Virus record (IMG/VR): IMGVR_UViG_3300045996_001284
Location: 1 to 57,928 of that record
DNA from: a virus
Lineage: Duplodnaviria; Caudoviricetes
Reading direction: 5' to 3' (one strand)
Length of the DNA stretch: 57,928 bases
Part shown: positions 19,081-28,688 of the stretch, one piece after another
Numbering within the stretch: the first letter of the stretch is position 1
Layout: every line of letters begins with the position of its first letter
Made by a program: the position numbers and the translations under genes
Notes under the pieces: generated by a model
The model's database searches: none
What the model was told of the DNA's origin: nothing
The model's input: only the letters and a program-made list of their open reading frames with translations

Positions 19081-19450
19081 GGCGGTGGAAGCTCACGATG
19101 CGGGCTGCCCAAAGAGCGCTGCGGTAGCTGGTCACGACCGAGGTCTTGCCCTGCTCCAGGTGCAACATGTTGTTTCTGCCCACCACGAGCCCGCAGTGCG
19201 TACCGTGGTCGAAGAGCACTACGTCCATGGGGCGCTCCCGACCGTCAGGGACGATCTGCCAAGCGGCGAACACGCGACGGGCAGCCGGAATGACTTCGCG
19301 CGCGACAGTCGGCGGAACAGTGTCATAGGTGGGAAGATCGACGCCAAGGAACTCGCGATAAACGGGCGTAACGATGCCGGACCAGCATGTACAGTCGGGA
19401 CTCCACTGCCTGCCGACGTAATTGCTCAAGTCAATCAAGCAGCGTTCCAC
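19070..19450 (-). CDS. NlpC/P60-like tail tip protein (K-like)
   Basis: YVG...DCTCW...HCGLVVG...MLH. Confidence 0.75.
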   Translation of the reverse strand: MERCLIDLSNYVGRQWSPDCTCWSGIVTPVYREFLGVDLPTYDTVPPTVAREVIPAARRVFAAWQIVPDGRERPMDVVLFDHGTHCGLVVGRNNMLHLEQGKTSVVTSYRSALWAARIVSFHRLAF

Positions 19451-19920
19451 AGCGCCGGATAGTGCCTTTCCAGAAATCGGTGTGCCGGATAGCGCGCACT
19501 AGTCGTATCGTCCCGTTCCGCGCGCGCTTCCCACGACATGGCGTCCGGCGTATTGGCCTCGACCAGCTTAAACTTCTGCCAGCGCTGAACCAGTTCGTCA
19601 GGATCGGTCAGCCTGACCAGTTCTACCTTCAGGTAGATGAAAGGCTCTAGCTGCCGCAAATTCGCCATGATGCTGCGGTCGATGAGGTCAGCCACGAACC
19701 GCATCTGCGGCGGGGTTTTCTCTTCTTCCGCGGCGAGCACGACATCAACGGCGCTGGCCTTGAAGAGGTCGCCACGGCTGGTCACGTCGACCGGATTGCG
19801 CACAAACCGCACCGGCTGCATCTGCGAGTGCGTGAGGGTCACCAGGACGAGCGCGCCTTCATCGGTCGTCTGCTTCAGGATTTCAGTCACCATCCCGAGC
19901 GAAATTCCCGGACGAGCCAT
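19435..19920 (-). CDS. Minor tail protein (DUF1833/L-like)
   Basis: LVTLTH...PVRFVRN..DVTSRG..F; synteny. Confidence 0.75.
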   Translation of the reverse strand: MARPGISLGMVTEILKQTTDEGALVLVTLTHSQMQPVRFVRNPVDVTSRGDLFKASAVDVVLAAEEEKTPPQMRFVADLIDRSIMANLRQLEPFIYLKVELVRLTDPDELVQRWQKFKLVEANTPDAMSWEARAERDDTTSARYPAHRFLERHYPALWNAA

Positions 19921-19957
19921 GCCGTGGTATCCTGCGGGAAGTAGAGGAAAGAGCGAA

Positions 19958-20230
19958 CTAGAGGGTCAGCGCCGCTTGAAGCAGCGCCTGCGCGCGGTCA
20001 TGCACAGCACCCACCGATGAGCGATATGTGCCCAGCATCCCATCCGGGACATCGCGAGCGGCGATTGCCGCAATAGCGTTGTCGCCCTGAAGGATGGCGC
20101 GAGCCGTCTGCATCTTGCTGGCGACGAACTCGGGTGAAAACGACGCATCCTGCGCCAACTCGGCCGCAATCATCGTGACGCAGACGGTGAGGAAGTCGCG
20201 GGCCGCTTGGTCGTAGATGCCATCCGTCAC
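19958..20230 (-). CDS. Hypothetical protein
   Basis: GTGA overlap with the upstream gene. Confidence 0.5.
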   Translation of the reverse strand: MTDGIYDQAARDFLTVCVTMIAAELAQDASFSPEFVASKMQTARAILQGDNAIAAIAARDVPDGMLGTYRSSVGAVHDRAQALLQAALTL

Positions 20231-20580
20231 GGCAGGATGTAGAGCCGCATGCGGGCCAGCACGTTGCCGGCCTCCAGATCAGAGTAGGTAACGCCTTTTT
20301 TACGAAACTGCATCACGCAGGCAGCTCGTGTGGACGGGCGAACCCAGTCAAAGGGAATTGCCCCGAATAGAAGCGTGCTCTCGAAGAAGGCGTCAAAAAT
20401 CAGGTACTCGTCATAGCTGTAGGTGATGGCCCCCTCGACTGGGCGAAAGCCCGCCGTGAAGCGGCGCCTCGTCTTGTACGGGCCGGCGTCCATCGGGGTT
20501 TCTAGCAGAACGTCGGGCGGCTCCTCGGTCCACGAGCCTGCATCGAAATACTGCGGCAGCGTCAGCGGATAGGTTGGCAT
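20227..20580 (-). CDS. Distal tail protein (M-like)
   Basis: YPLTLP...TPMDAGPYKTRRRFT...FDAFF..TL..GAIPFDW. Confidence 0.8.
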   Translation of the reverse strand: MPTYPLTLPQYFDAGSWTEEPPDVLLETPMDAGPYKTRRRFTAGFRPVEGAITYSYDEYLIFDAFFESTLLFGAIPFDWVRPSTRAACVMQFRKKGVTYSDLEAGNVLARMRLYILP

Positions 20581-23500
20581 CTAGCGGAGCTGCCGGGCCA
20601 TCTTAAATCGCCCCTGAAGCGTGCGGTCGAGACGACCGCTGGCGATGTTCTCATTCTGCTCACGACGGATCATGAGCTTGATGGTTTCCATGCCGTTGCC
20701 GTCCCGGCTGCTCTCCTGCTCGATTGGAGGCGCATCCTTGCCGCGCTGATCATAGACCTCGATCTTGGTCCCGCCGCCGCGCTGCGCGGCTACTTCCTGC
20801 CGCGACTGCACCCTTTCGCCACGCTGGGCGATGATGGGCACCTCGTCCCGGCCGAGCACGAGGCCGCCGGAGTGGTAGCGGGGAGCATCCTTGAACCACA
20901 TCGGGTCGGCCATGCGACGAGCGCCGCCCTCACCGACGATACCGCCCTGATGAAGCGTTGCAGTGCCGCCTGAGCCGCCGGCCGCGGCACCGAAGCCCCC
21001 GCCCATGCCGAGGCTGCCGAGGATGGCCTTCATGATCAGAACCTTGGCCATCTCGGCGGCAATCTGCTCGCCGAAGTTAGCCAGGCCCTCGCCCAGTGAG
21101 TCCCATGTGAGGTCGCCGGCCTGCAAAAGGTCGACAAAACCGCTCACGCCTTGGTCGAGCGCGCCGGACAACTGGCCACTGATGTTTTCCGACAGCGTTC
21201 CCGTCTCGTCCTGAAGCCGCCGCAGGCCAGCCTCTACGCCATCAAATGGGTTTTCCGTTTCCTCCAGTTCTTCCGCGCGGTTGCGGTTGAACTCCTTGTC
21301 ATCCCGCCGCCGCTTCCGCGCCGCCTCGCTTGCGCCCAAGCCTTGCGATTCAGCCAGGGCGGTTTCGAGCATAGCATCACGCAGTCGCGTGCTGGCGCTG
21401 GCATACTCGTCCGTGAGTTGCGTGGCCAGTTCAATGCCCTGCGCCCGGCGGCGCGAGGCGATGTCCGTCTCGATCAGAGCCTTTGCCGCCGCAGCCTCCG
21501 TCGTCCCGAGAATGCCCAACACCTTGTTCTCGGCTGCGATGCGGTTTTCCATCTCCTGCCGGGCAGCAGCCGTGCCGCGGATCACGCTGGCCAGCCGCTC
21601 CTGCTGTTCGGCTTCCAGGGTCAGTTGCGCGGTGGCGCGGGCGCCCTTCGTCCCATCATCGGCTGTCTTGCGCAGGTCGAAAGCCTGGTTAGCGCGGTCC
21701 GTCTCGCGGGCGATGACCTCGGGCGGCTGGTCGCCGAGCTTCTCCACCACGCCACGCACGAACTCAGCCCGCGCCACCACCTCGTCGATCGCCTGCGGCG
21801 TCAGGCCGACGAGCTGCGGCAGGTCTAGTTCCTGGCCGGCTGCTCCAAGCCCAGGCGCAGCCGTCGCACGACGGATGATGTTGTCCAAGTCCTTGCGGAC
21901 GGCGGCCTGCCGCTGGAGGGCCTCGGTCTCATCGCGGATGCTGGCTGCCCGCTGGAGAACCTGCTGGCCCTCGCGGGTCGTGAGGTCGAAGCCGGCGGCG
22001 CGCACGCGGCGCATGACCTCCAGAACGTTCGCCTGCTTCTCGTAGGCAGCCGAGCCTTGGTCGACGGCGCCCTTCAGCGCGGCAAGCTGTTCGGTCTCCT
22101 GATCCAGCCCGGTCGAAAACTGCGAGCGGCGATCGGCAACGCCCTGAGCCTTGGCCGCGGCAGAGTTAGATGCCTCGATGGCCTTGGTCTGATCATACTT
22201 GGCGAGCGCGAGCTTCTTGGCCCGGTCGGCCAGCGCCGCGTCGCCTTCCGTCTGTGCCAGCGTCGTGGCGTAGGCTTCCTCGCCCGCCCGCTTACGCGCG
22301 TCAGTGGCGAACGTCAGTTCTTTCTCGACTATGGACAGACGGGCCGCAGCGTCAGCTCGCTTTTCATTGCGAGCCACCTCTTCCTGGCCGACGAAGATGG
22401 CATCCGCCTTCTGTCGAATCGTCTCGGTCTTTTCCGCTCGATCCTTCGGGTCCGCTATATCGCCGACGCCGCTCGTCCGAATCTGCTCCTGAATGAACTG
22501 CTCGCGCTTGTTCGTGCCGAGCTTCAGACCCTGAAGGCGCTGGTCTAGGCTCTCAATGGTGTTCTGATACGAGGTGACGGCATCCTGTGTCTTCTTGATG
22601 CTGTCCTGATTCGCCTTCCACGCCCGGTCTTGATCATCAAGCGTACCGGTCAGAGCATGGACCGCATAACGCGCAGCCGACTCACGCTGTTCAGTGGCGG
22701 CGAGGTTGGTGGCCAGTTCCCGAACGGAAGCGATGCGCGCATCGGTTTCGCGAGCGTTGAGTCCCTGTGCTTCGGCAAGCCGCCGCGTGGCCTGCTCCAC
22801 CTGACCAATGGTGGCCTGCCCTTCGCGGTAGGCATTGATGGTCTCTTGGACTTGCGCGGACTCAGCTAGGCCCGAGCTTCCTGATTGGGCGGTAGCCAAA
22901 CCGCCCCCTGAGAAGAAACCTGCTCCGCTGCCGAAGGTCGAGCCGACGGCAGAAAGTTGTTCGACCTGCTTTCTAACTGCGTCTGCCTCTTCGCGCGCCC
23001 TATCAAAACCGGCTAGAATGTTACTCGACACCGCGCCCTGTTGCGCTTCGGTCAGCAGGTTGAAGGCTGCGGCCAGCTTATCAACATTGTCCTTTGCGAT
23101 GCCGAGCGTGCTCAGAAGGTCTTCGGTTTTATCCTTCTGCAGCTCTGCCGCCTTGGCTGCCTTCTCTTGGGCCGAGCCCATGACGCCGAAGCCGATGGCA
23201 GCGGCAGCAGCAATGGCAATAGCAGCGCCGACAGCCACCCCGACGGGGCCAAAAGCGCTCGCAATCTGCGGTCCCTGCTGCGCCAGAATGATGAGGGCGC
23301 TGGTGCCGGACGAAGCCTGGACGGCCACATCCTGAAGCTGCGCGCCAAGGTTGCCGAAGTCGACGCGGGCGCCCTTGGCGCTTTGGCCCGCCGCCGTTGT
23401 CGCTTGGCCGTGCGCCGTCGTGGCCTGCGTGGCCTGCTTCGTTACCTGAGCCTGAGCAGTGGTCGCCTGAACCGCCTGCGTGGTGGCTTGCGCCGTGCGG

Positions 23501-23817
23501 GCCGTCGCCTGCCCGTAAGTGGCGGCGCTGGTTGCCGCCTGCGCGAGGGATGCCGCCGCCGCTTGGGCTGCTTGCGCCGCCTGCTGCGTTGATTGCGCCG
23601 CCTGGGCTGTGGATCGCGCCGCTGCCGCCGTAGCCTGAGCCGAGGCATTAGCGCCGGTAATGATGGCCTGAGAGCCGCGAGAAACGAGGTCAGCAGCCTG
23701 CGCCAGTTGTATCTGGGCGCGAGTTAGCTCCTGAGTGGCTGCCGCGGCGGCACGATAGCCCGCGACTGCAGCAGAGCTATCGACGACGATATTCAAAGCA
23801 GCGATGGTATCAGCCAC
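20581..23817 (-). CDS. Tape measure protein
   Basis: 1078 aa, Ala/Gln-rich helical; QLQDVAVQ...QQGPQI; C-terminal HQGG/PRYHSGG. Confidence 0.92.
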   Translation of the reverse strand: MADTIAALNIVVDSSAAVAGYRAAAAATQELTRAQIQLAQAADLVSRGSQAIITGANASAQATAAAARSTAQAAQSTQQAAQAAQAAAASLAQAATSAATYGQATARTAQATTQAVQATTAQAQVTKQATQATTAHGQATTAAGQSAKGARVDFGNLGAQLQDVAVQASSGTSALIILAQQGPQIASAFGPVGVAVGAAIAIAAAAAIGFGVMGSAQEKAAKAAELQKDKTEDLLSTLGIAKDNVDKLAAAFNLLTEAQQGAVSSNILAGFDRAREEADAVRKQVEQLSAVGSTFGSGAGFFSGGGLATAQSGSSGLAESAQVQETINAYREGQATIGQVEQATRRLAEAQGLNARETDARIASVRELATNLAATEQRESAARYAVHALTGTLDDQDRAWKANQDSIKKTQDAVTSYQNTIESLDQRLQGLKLGTNKREQFIQEQIRTSGVGDIADPKDRAEKTETIRQKADAIFVGQEEVARNEKRADAAARLSIVEKELTFATDARKRAGEEAYATTLAQTEGDAALADRAKKLALAKYDQTKAIEASNSAAAKAQGVADRRSQFSTGLDQETEQLAALKGAVDQGSAAYEKQANVLEVMRRVRAAGFDLTTREGQQVLQRAASIRDETEALQRQAAVRKDLDNIIRRATAAPGLGAAGQELDLPQLVGLTPQAIDEVVARAEFVRGVVEKLGDQPPEVIARETDRANQAFDLRKTADDGTKGARATAQLTLEAEQQERLASVIRGTAAARQEMENRIAAENKVLGILGTTEAAAAKALIETDIASRRRAQGIELATQLTDEYASASTRLRDAMLETALAESQGLGASEAARKRRRDDKEFNRNRAEELEETENPFDGVEAGLRRLQDETGTLSENISGQLSGALDQGVSGFVDLLQAGDLTWDSLGEGLANFGEQIAAEMAKVLIMKAILGSLGMGGGFGAAAGGSGGTATLHQGGIVGEGGARRMADPMWFKDAPRYHSGGLVLGRDEVPIIAQRGERVQSRQEVAAQRGGGTKIEVYDQRGKDAPPIEQESSRDGNGMETIKLMIRREQNENIASGRLDRTLQGRFKMARQLR

Positions 23818-24274
23818 GGTCGCCGCCCTTTCCGCCCTTGTCGCGCCGTGCTTCAGCCAGCTTCGCGCACTCGTCTAGGTATGCGTTGTCCATCGTGCGC
23901 AGGGCCGCGGCCTCCCAGCGCTCGATGTCGGCGCCGGTCATGCGGTCATAGGCGTCGATGTCGCCCCAGACGATAGCCTCGGGGCCTGAGAAGCCCTGCC
24001 CGCGGGCATTGGACAGGTCGAAGAACAGCATCCAGAGGCGCTCGCCGCCGTTGGGCAGGGGCTCAGATGAAGGTTCTAAGGCGTTAGCCTTCGGAGGTTC
24101 ATAGGTTCTGCCCTCCTTTTTCGCCGCCAGTCGCGCCCGCAGAGCCTGGCCCTTGCGCTTCTGCGCCTGATGGTCAGCGACGGAACCGCCGCCCGCACGC
24201 TGCCGCAGTCTCAGGTCTCGTCGGATGCGCTCGCAGAGGGCGTGGACGATGATCCGCCTTTGCGACTCAAAAAA
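23810..24274 (-). CDS. Tail assembly chaperone, C-terminal (GT) part read via -1 frameshift
   Basis: -1 frame is open from the slippery site through ...ERLWMLFFDLSNARGQGFSGPEAIVWGDIDAY. Confidence 0.8.
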   Translation of the reverse strand, partial: FFESQRRIIVHALCERIRRDLRLRQRAGGGSVADHQAQKRKGQALRARLAAKKEGRTYEPPKANALEPSSEPLPNGGERLWMLFFDLSNARGQGFSGPEAIVWGDIDAYDRMTGADIERWEAAALRTMDNAYLDECAKLAEARRDKGGKGGDRG

Positions 24275-24675
24275 TTGGCACGCTGACCCGCATTAGCGTC
24301 GGCCTGAAGCGCGATCCAGTAGTGCTCGCGGAAGAGCCGGTCGAGATTGTCCCGCGTCGGCGGCAGGTCGTTGCCGTCCTCATCCCGGAACCCCCGCCAG
24401 TCGAGCACGATCATGGGCACGCACTCGGCCAGCGCGCGCTCCTCTTCCTTCGGGTCTGTCTCGCCGGTCGCCGATGCCTGCCGCAGCCGGGCCATGCGGC
24501 GGGCATACTCGCGGATATAGGCCCGGTGCTTGTCGCTGTCCGGGCCTGCCAACTTCAGCTCCAGCGTCTGGCCGTCGATCTCCACCGGCTGGCCGCCACG
24601 AAGGTGACGAACTGGAAACCAGACGCCTTCCTCCGCGAGAGGGCGAGGGTTGAGGTCTGAAAGACCGAGGAACAT
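24211..24675 (-). CDS. Tail assembly chaperone (G)
   Basis: Between tail tube and TMP; LAGPDS, VLDWRG, ends ANFL; AGGAG RBS. Confidence 0.85.
   Translation of the reverse strand: MFLGLSDLNPRPLAEEGVWFPVRHLRGGQPVEIDGQTLELKLAGPDSDKHRAYIREYARRMARLRQASATGETDPKEEERALAECVPMIVLDWRGFRDEDGNDLPPTRDNLDRLFREHYWIALQADANAGQRANFLSRKGGSSSTPSASASDET
24268..24274 (-). other. -1 ribosomal slippery heptamer T TTT TTG
   Basis: GCC AAT TTT TTG; the -1 frame joins ORF 23810..24031 with no stop. Confidence 0.8.
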
Positions 24676-24683
24676 TTTCTCTC

Positions 24684-25574
24684 CTACGGGGTTACGTCTC
24701 TCACGACTGTGCATTTGGTCCCAGAACTGAGACCTGCGTCGAACTGGAATGTCTGAAGGCGCTCTGGGTCGGTGGTGACCGGCGCATCCCAGCCGGTCGT
24801 GCTCACGGCGGGAAAGGTGAACGTGTGCGACAGCCCGCCGAACGCCATCACGAACTCTAACGCATTGGTCGTGCCGTCGAGCGCGTCGTCCAGGCGGTCG
24901 CGGTTGCTGTAGGCGAGGGTCATCTCGCCCGACACCGCGTCCAGATTGCGAATTTTCCGATCCGGGAACCGTCCGGCGAACACGGCGTAGCGGTTCTCGA
25001 AGTTGTTCGAGAACGTCACGCGGAGGCTGGTGACTGTGACGCTGCCGCCAGCATAGGTGAGCGAGCCGCTCCATGTGTCATAGGGCGCGTGCGTGTCAGC
25101 GGCGACGGGCGAGCCAGTGGCCGTGCCGCTGATACTCACGTTCTCGGCCAGCAGCTCGATGGTCGTTTCCACCAGACCGTTCGGCTGGAAGTTGAAGGAC
25201 ATCGAGTTAACCTCGGCGTCCTCGTAAACGACGTAGCTGGTGGCGTCGGTCTGCCGGTCCTCAAAGGTAAAATACTTGCGCGTGCTGCCCTGGGTGAGGG
25301 TATTGGTCGACCAGGAGTTCTGGAAAGCGGCGGCGAGCAAGTCATCGTAACACGTAGGCGCGAACTCGACAGTCAGCGTCGGGTTCACCGGCACCGTACC
25401 AGCGCGGCCAGGAGTAGAAAACCGCGAGACCTGAGAAGTCTGGGCCTGGACACGGTTAAAAGTAATGCCCGAGGACCATGAGACCTTGGGCAAATACTTC
25501 AGGCCGCTGCTCTCTGGCGCATTACGCGCGCTCTGCGCCTTGAAAGCGATGTCAAATGCTGCACGATCGGCCAT
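24684..25574 (-). CDS. Major tail tube protein
   Basis: YDDLLAAAF...RKYFTFE...VNSMSF; synteny. Confidence 0.85.
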   Translation of the reverse strand: MADRAAFDIAFKAQSARNAPESSGLKYLPKVSWSSGITFNRVQAQTSQVSRFSTPGRAGTVPVNPTLTVEFAPTCYDDLLAAAFQNSWSTNTLTQGSTRKYFTFEDRQTDATSYVVYEDAEVNSMSFNFQPNGLVETTIELLAENVSISGTATGSPVAADTHAPYDTWSGSLTYAGGSVTVTSLRVTFSNNFENRYAVFAGRFPDRKIRNLDAVSGEMTLAYSNRDRLDDALDGTTNALEFVMAFGGLSHTFTFPAVSTTGWDAPVTTDPERLQTFQFDAGLSSGTKCTVVRDVTP

Positions 25575-25658
25575 GGCTCAAGCCCTCAAAGCGGCGCCAG
25601 GGCGGCCCGCGCGGTCGGTGATGGGGTGGGTTGGGTAGAAAGGAAGGAAGATAGCTAG

Positions 25659-26099
25659 CTAGGCGGCAACGCCGTAGGTCACTGTCCAGACGCACGAAAT
25701 CGGCACAAAGAACCCCGTCTCACCCTCGGGCGCCTGCACGCCAAGGTCGCGGCTGTTGCTCACGATGCGGACGGCCACGGTCGGGCCGATGATGGTCATG
25801 CCGCGGGGAAAGCGGCTGCGGACGTTGGCGGCGAGCGCATCAACCCCGCCGGGGCCGGAGCCCTCAGGGCCGAAGCAGTCCACGAGAAACAGCCCGCTTT
25901 CCTGCACGAGCTGGTCACCAGTGCCGAGGACCGTCCGCCCTTCCTGCGTACCGTAGACGACGCGGGCGCGGAGCCAGAGGCGGGCGCCGGTCGTGGGGGG
26001 TGTAAACGGGCTGTTCTCCCAGGCAATCGGGGGCACACCACTCATCGTGGCGAGCCTCTGTTCCAGGAGGCGCCTTATCTCTTGATCTGGCTGGGTCAT
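25659..26099 (-). CDS. Tail terminator
   Basis: IAWENSPFTPP...WLR...GLFLVDCFGPEGSG...F.RG. Confidence 0.8.
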   Translation of the reverse strand: MTQPDQEIRRLLEQRLATMSGVPPIAWENSPFTPPTTGARLWLRARVVYGTQEGRTVLGTGDQLVQESGLFLVDCFGPEGSGPGGVDALAANVRSRFPRGMTIIGPTVAVRIVSNSRDLGVQAPEGETGFFVPISCVWTVTYGVAA

Positions 26100-26290
26100 C
26101 AGCCAGCTAAATGATACCTGTTGATTGCCGACTCAGAGCGCCCGTCAACATACAACGGGCCAGCTAGCCAGAAGGTCACCCGCATCATAAGGGGGATGAT
26201 GAACCGTGCGGCAATGTAGCCGAGCCAGATAACGGGGTACTCGATACACGCCAACGGCACCAACAGAGCGATCAGCAGAGACTTACCCAT
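26099..26290 (-). CDS. Small membrane protein
   Basis: Hydrophobic ORF inserted in the neck operon. Confidence 0.45.
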   Translation of the reverse strand: MGKSLLIALLVPLACIEYPVIWLGYIAARFIIPLMMRVTFWLAGPLYVDGRSESAINRYHLAG

Positions 26291-26717
26291 TTGACCTCAC
26301 CTTGGCTACGATCTCGCGCACGTAGAGCGGGATATCCGCCGCCACGCCGCGGATCACGGGGTGGCCGGGCCGGTTTCGGCTCGGGACACCGAACTCCTCG
26401 TAGATCGCATAAGGCGTGGCGTTGGTGATGTAGACCCGGTCGCCCATCTTCGCCCGCTTGGTCTCAGGCAGGTTACGCGCCTTCATGGCCGAGCGGCTGG
26501 TGTCCTTGCGGTTCTCGTCATAGGTCATGTCGGCGCCGTTGATGCCGATGTTCCAGTTGCCGATCATGCGCCCGGTCCAGATGTGGTTCCGGTTGCTAAT
26601 CTCGGTCACGATGCGGGCGGACACGTCCTGCACGACCTTGTCGATATTACGTGCTGCAACATCGTTAAACCTGACGACCTGCTGGCTCAGGTTGCCACTG
26701 ATGCGGAGGACCGGCAC
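26283..26717 (-). CDS. HK97 gp10-like tail completion/neck protein
   Basis: TGRMIGNWNIG...VYITNATPYAIYEEFG. Confidence 0.8.
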   Translation of the reverse strand: MPVLRISGNLSQQVVRFNDVAARNIDKVVQDVSARIVTEISNRNHIWTGRMIGNWNIGINGADMTYDENRKDTSRSAMKARNLPETKRAKMGDRVYITNATPYAIYEEFGVPSRNRPGHPVIRGVAADIPLYVREIVAKVRSNG

Positions 26718-26718
26718 C

Positions 26719-27060
26719 TCAGTAGGGCCGTACGCTCACGATGGGGATGGCGTGGAATTTGCCGGCACCGGGGGCGCCCACAACCTCGATGCTGCCGCCC
26801 GACGCCGGAAACATCACCCAGTCCTTTTCGCCTTGGTCATACTGGACGGCGAGCGGATCATCGACTGTCGGCGCTACGCCATCGACGCGGACGAAAAACG
26901 GTCCAGTACCTCGCGCATGGACGCGCACGCCATCAGCACCGGTGAACGGCCCCATGGTCTTGGCGTTGCCGTCCATATTCACAGACAGCACACCGCCGCC
27001 ATAGTCCAGGATGGGGAATGCCGACTCGCCGTTCTGCGTTCGGGCCATGTGGATTGCCAT
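26719..27060 (-). CDS. Hypothetical structural protein
   Basis: AGGAG RBS; within the neck operon. Confidence 0.6.
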   Translation of the reverse strand: MAIHMARTQNGESAFPILDYGGGVLSVNMDGNAKTMGPFTGADGVRVHARGTGPFFVRVDGVAPTVDDPLAVQYDQGEKDWVMFPASGGSIEVVGAPGAGKFHAIPIVSVRPY

Positions 27061-27069
27061 GCGTGCTCC

Positions 27070-27435
27070 TCAGCGTCCTAAGTCACAGGCCCAGCCGATG
27101 AACCCACCCTGGATGATCAGCGGCTTGATGTTGCCGATCTCACTTTCGGCGCCGGTCAGGCTGTCCACGATGCGGTCATCGGAGTTGGGCGCTGCCCGCC
27201 CGTCGCCTGTGTCATCGAGGGCAGGAATGAGAACGCCGGCTTTTTCACGGACGATGAGTGAACCGGCCATGTTCACTTGGCCTGGGCTGAGTGGCAGAGC
27301 GATGATTTCCTCTTCCTCGACTGTCTCAGCCGCTTGACCAGTCGCGGGGTCATAAGCGCCCTTCGTGACACGCTTGAGCGTGTGCAAGTGGCCGTACTTC
27401 CGGACCTGACGGCTTACGGTGGCGACGAAGGTCAC
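27070..27435 (-). CDS. Head-tail adaptor/closure protein
   Basis: KYG..TLKR..GAYDPATG. Confidence 0.75.
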   Translation of the reverse strand: MTFVATVSRQVRKYGHLHTLKRVTKGAYDPATGQAAETVEEEEIIALPLSPGQVNMAGSLIVREKAGVLIPALDDTGDGRAAPNSDDRIVDSLTGAESEIGNIKPLIIQGGFIGWACDLGR

Positions 27436-27908
27436 GGGCGCCAGGTCGAATAGGGCCAGGGATAGCGCTGGGTGGAGCTGAACGCCGGCAGCGGCCGGTC
27501 GCGGTCCTGGTCTACGCTGTTCATCTCGTCCGCGTCCACACCGCCGACAAACGGCGCGGCGATGACCGCCGTGGAGCCGCCGCCGCCGACCACACCCTCG
27601 CCGGCTGCGGTTGCCATGGCGGCATATTTTTCAGCCAAGGCTAGATAGTGCTTATGCTGATCGGAACTGTTCTCAGAGATTCCGGCAGAAGCCAGTGTGG
27701 AGCTGACCTGCGTCGCAAAGCGAGCGGCCAGCGTGTAGCACAGGTCAGAGGCAGCGCGGTAATAGCCACCGCTGATCCCGTACTGAAACGAAATCTCCTG
27801 GTCAGTAAGCAGCCATGGGTCCGGGCCAACATCTCCAATCATCGCCCGCAGACGAGTGACGGAATTGAGGCCCGGATTACCAGGATCATAGGTGAAGGTG
27901 ATTGGCAC
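27432..27908 (-). CDS. Head-tail connector (gp6-like)
   Basis: FTY...RLRAMIGD...LLTDQEI. Confidence 0.75.
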   Translation of the reverse strand: MPITFTYDPGNPGLNSVTRLRAMIGDVGPDPWLLTDQEISFQYGISGGYYRAASDLCYTLAARFATQVSSTLASAGISENSSDQHKHYLALAEKYAAMATAAGEGVVGGGGSTAVIAAPFVGGVDADEMNSVDQDRDRPLPAFSSTQRYPWPYSTWRP

Positions 27909-28103
27909 TTAGGCCGCCTTCTCGTCCTGCTTTGCCTGCTTCTCAATCTCGGCAGACTTGGCAGCCGCGCGCTTGGCCTTGTCGGCAAGCTCGGCCTTGT
28001 GCTCGCTCAGGTAGCGCTTGGTGTTGGCCGCAGCCGCCGCGCGCTGCGCCTCCAGCCGACGCTCGTCTGCGTCGGCGGGAGCCACATCCTTCTTCGCGCT
28101 CAC
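27909..28103 (-). CDS. Hypothetical charged protein
   Basis: Coupled ORF after the capsid gene. Confidence 0.55.
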   Translation of the reverse strand: MSAKKDVAPADADERRLEAQRAAAAANTKRYLSEHKAELADKAKRAAAKSAEIEKQAKQDEKAA

Positions 28104-28360
28104 TACTTCTCGGCCTTCTCGCGAGCCTTGGTGACGCGCTCGCGCGCCTCGGGCGTGGCACTCTCGTCCACCACCTGAAGGCCCATGTCGGCCTCGACCT
28201 CGCCCGGAACCGGGGGATTGCTCTCGACCGTCTGCTGCTCGGGCAAGGTCCCGCCACGACCAGCGGCGGCGTCCTTCTCGGCCCGCTCCTGCGCCTGCTT
28301 CTCCTCAAGCTCGGCGCGCTCACGCTCTAGCTTGGCCTCTTCGTCAGACTTCTTCGGCAT
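28103..28360 (-). CDS. Hypothetical charged protein
   Basis: MPKKSDEEAK...; GAGGAG RBS. Confidence 0.55.
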   Translation of the reverse strand: MPKKSDEEAKLERERAELEEKQAQERAEKDAAAGRGGTLPEQQTVESNPPVPGEVEADMGLQVVDESATPEARERVTKAREKAEK

Positions 28361-28688
28361 TGCCGCTCTCCTCGCTGCGTACCTTGGGCGGACGCCCACG
28401 GAGACGGGGAGCCTCACCGGGCTCCTCGGCACCATTGTCCGCAAGCTGCGCTTCCAGCTCGGCCACGCGCTGCTTCAGCGCCTCGTTCTCCTGCCGCAGG
28501 GCATCGTCACCGGGACCCCGGGTCTGCTGCTGTGGCGAGGAGGCTTCAGCGATCAGCTTGCGCGCAACCAGAACCTCGATATCGGCGTCAGGCACCTCAT
28601 GACCATCGCCGGGGAATGGCTCTCCCGCCGAGTAATCACGGCCGGAGGTGTGGAACCCCCGGCGTGCCTTGTAGGTCTTCTCAGCCAT
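28344..28688 (-). CDS. Hypothetical protein following the major capsid gene
   Basis: MAEKTYKARRG...YSAGEPF...RGRPPK; coupled to the MCP stop. Confidence 0.65.
   Translation of the reverse strand: MAEKTYKARRGFHTSGRDYSAGEPFPGDGHEVPDADIEVLVARKLIAEASSPQQQTRGPGDDALRQENEALKQRVAELEAQLADNGAEEPGEAPRLRGRPPKVRSEESGNAEEV

Noticed and set aside
23400-23640. Ala/Gln/Thr repeats
   Set aside because: Ordinary low-complexity region of the tape measure protein.
13257-23648. Many long plus-strand ORFs opposite tail genes
   Set aside because: Shadow ORFs expected in high-GC DNA; no recognisable motifs, unlike the nested HNH ORFs.
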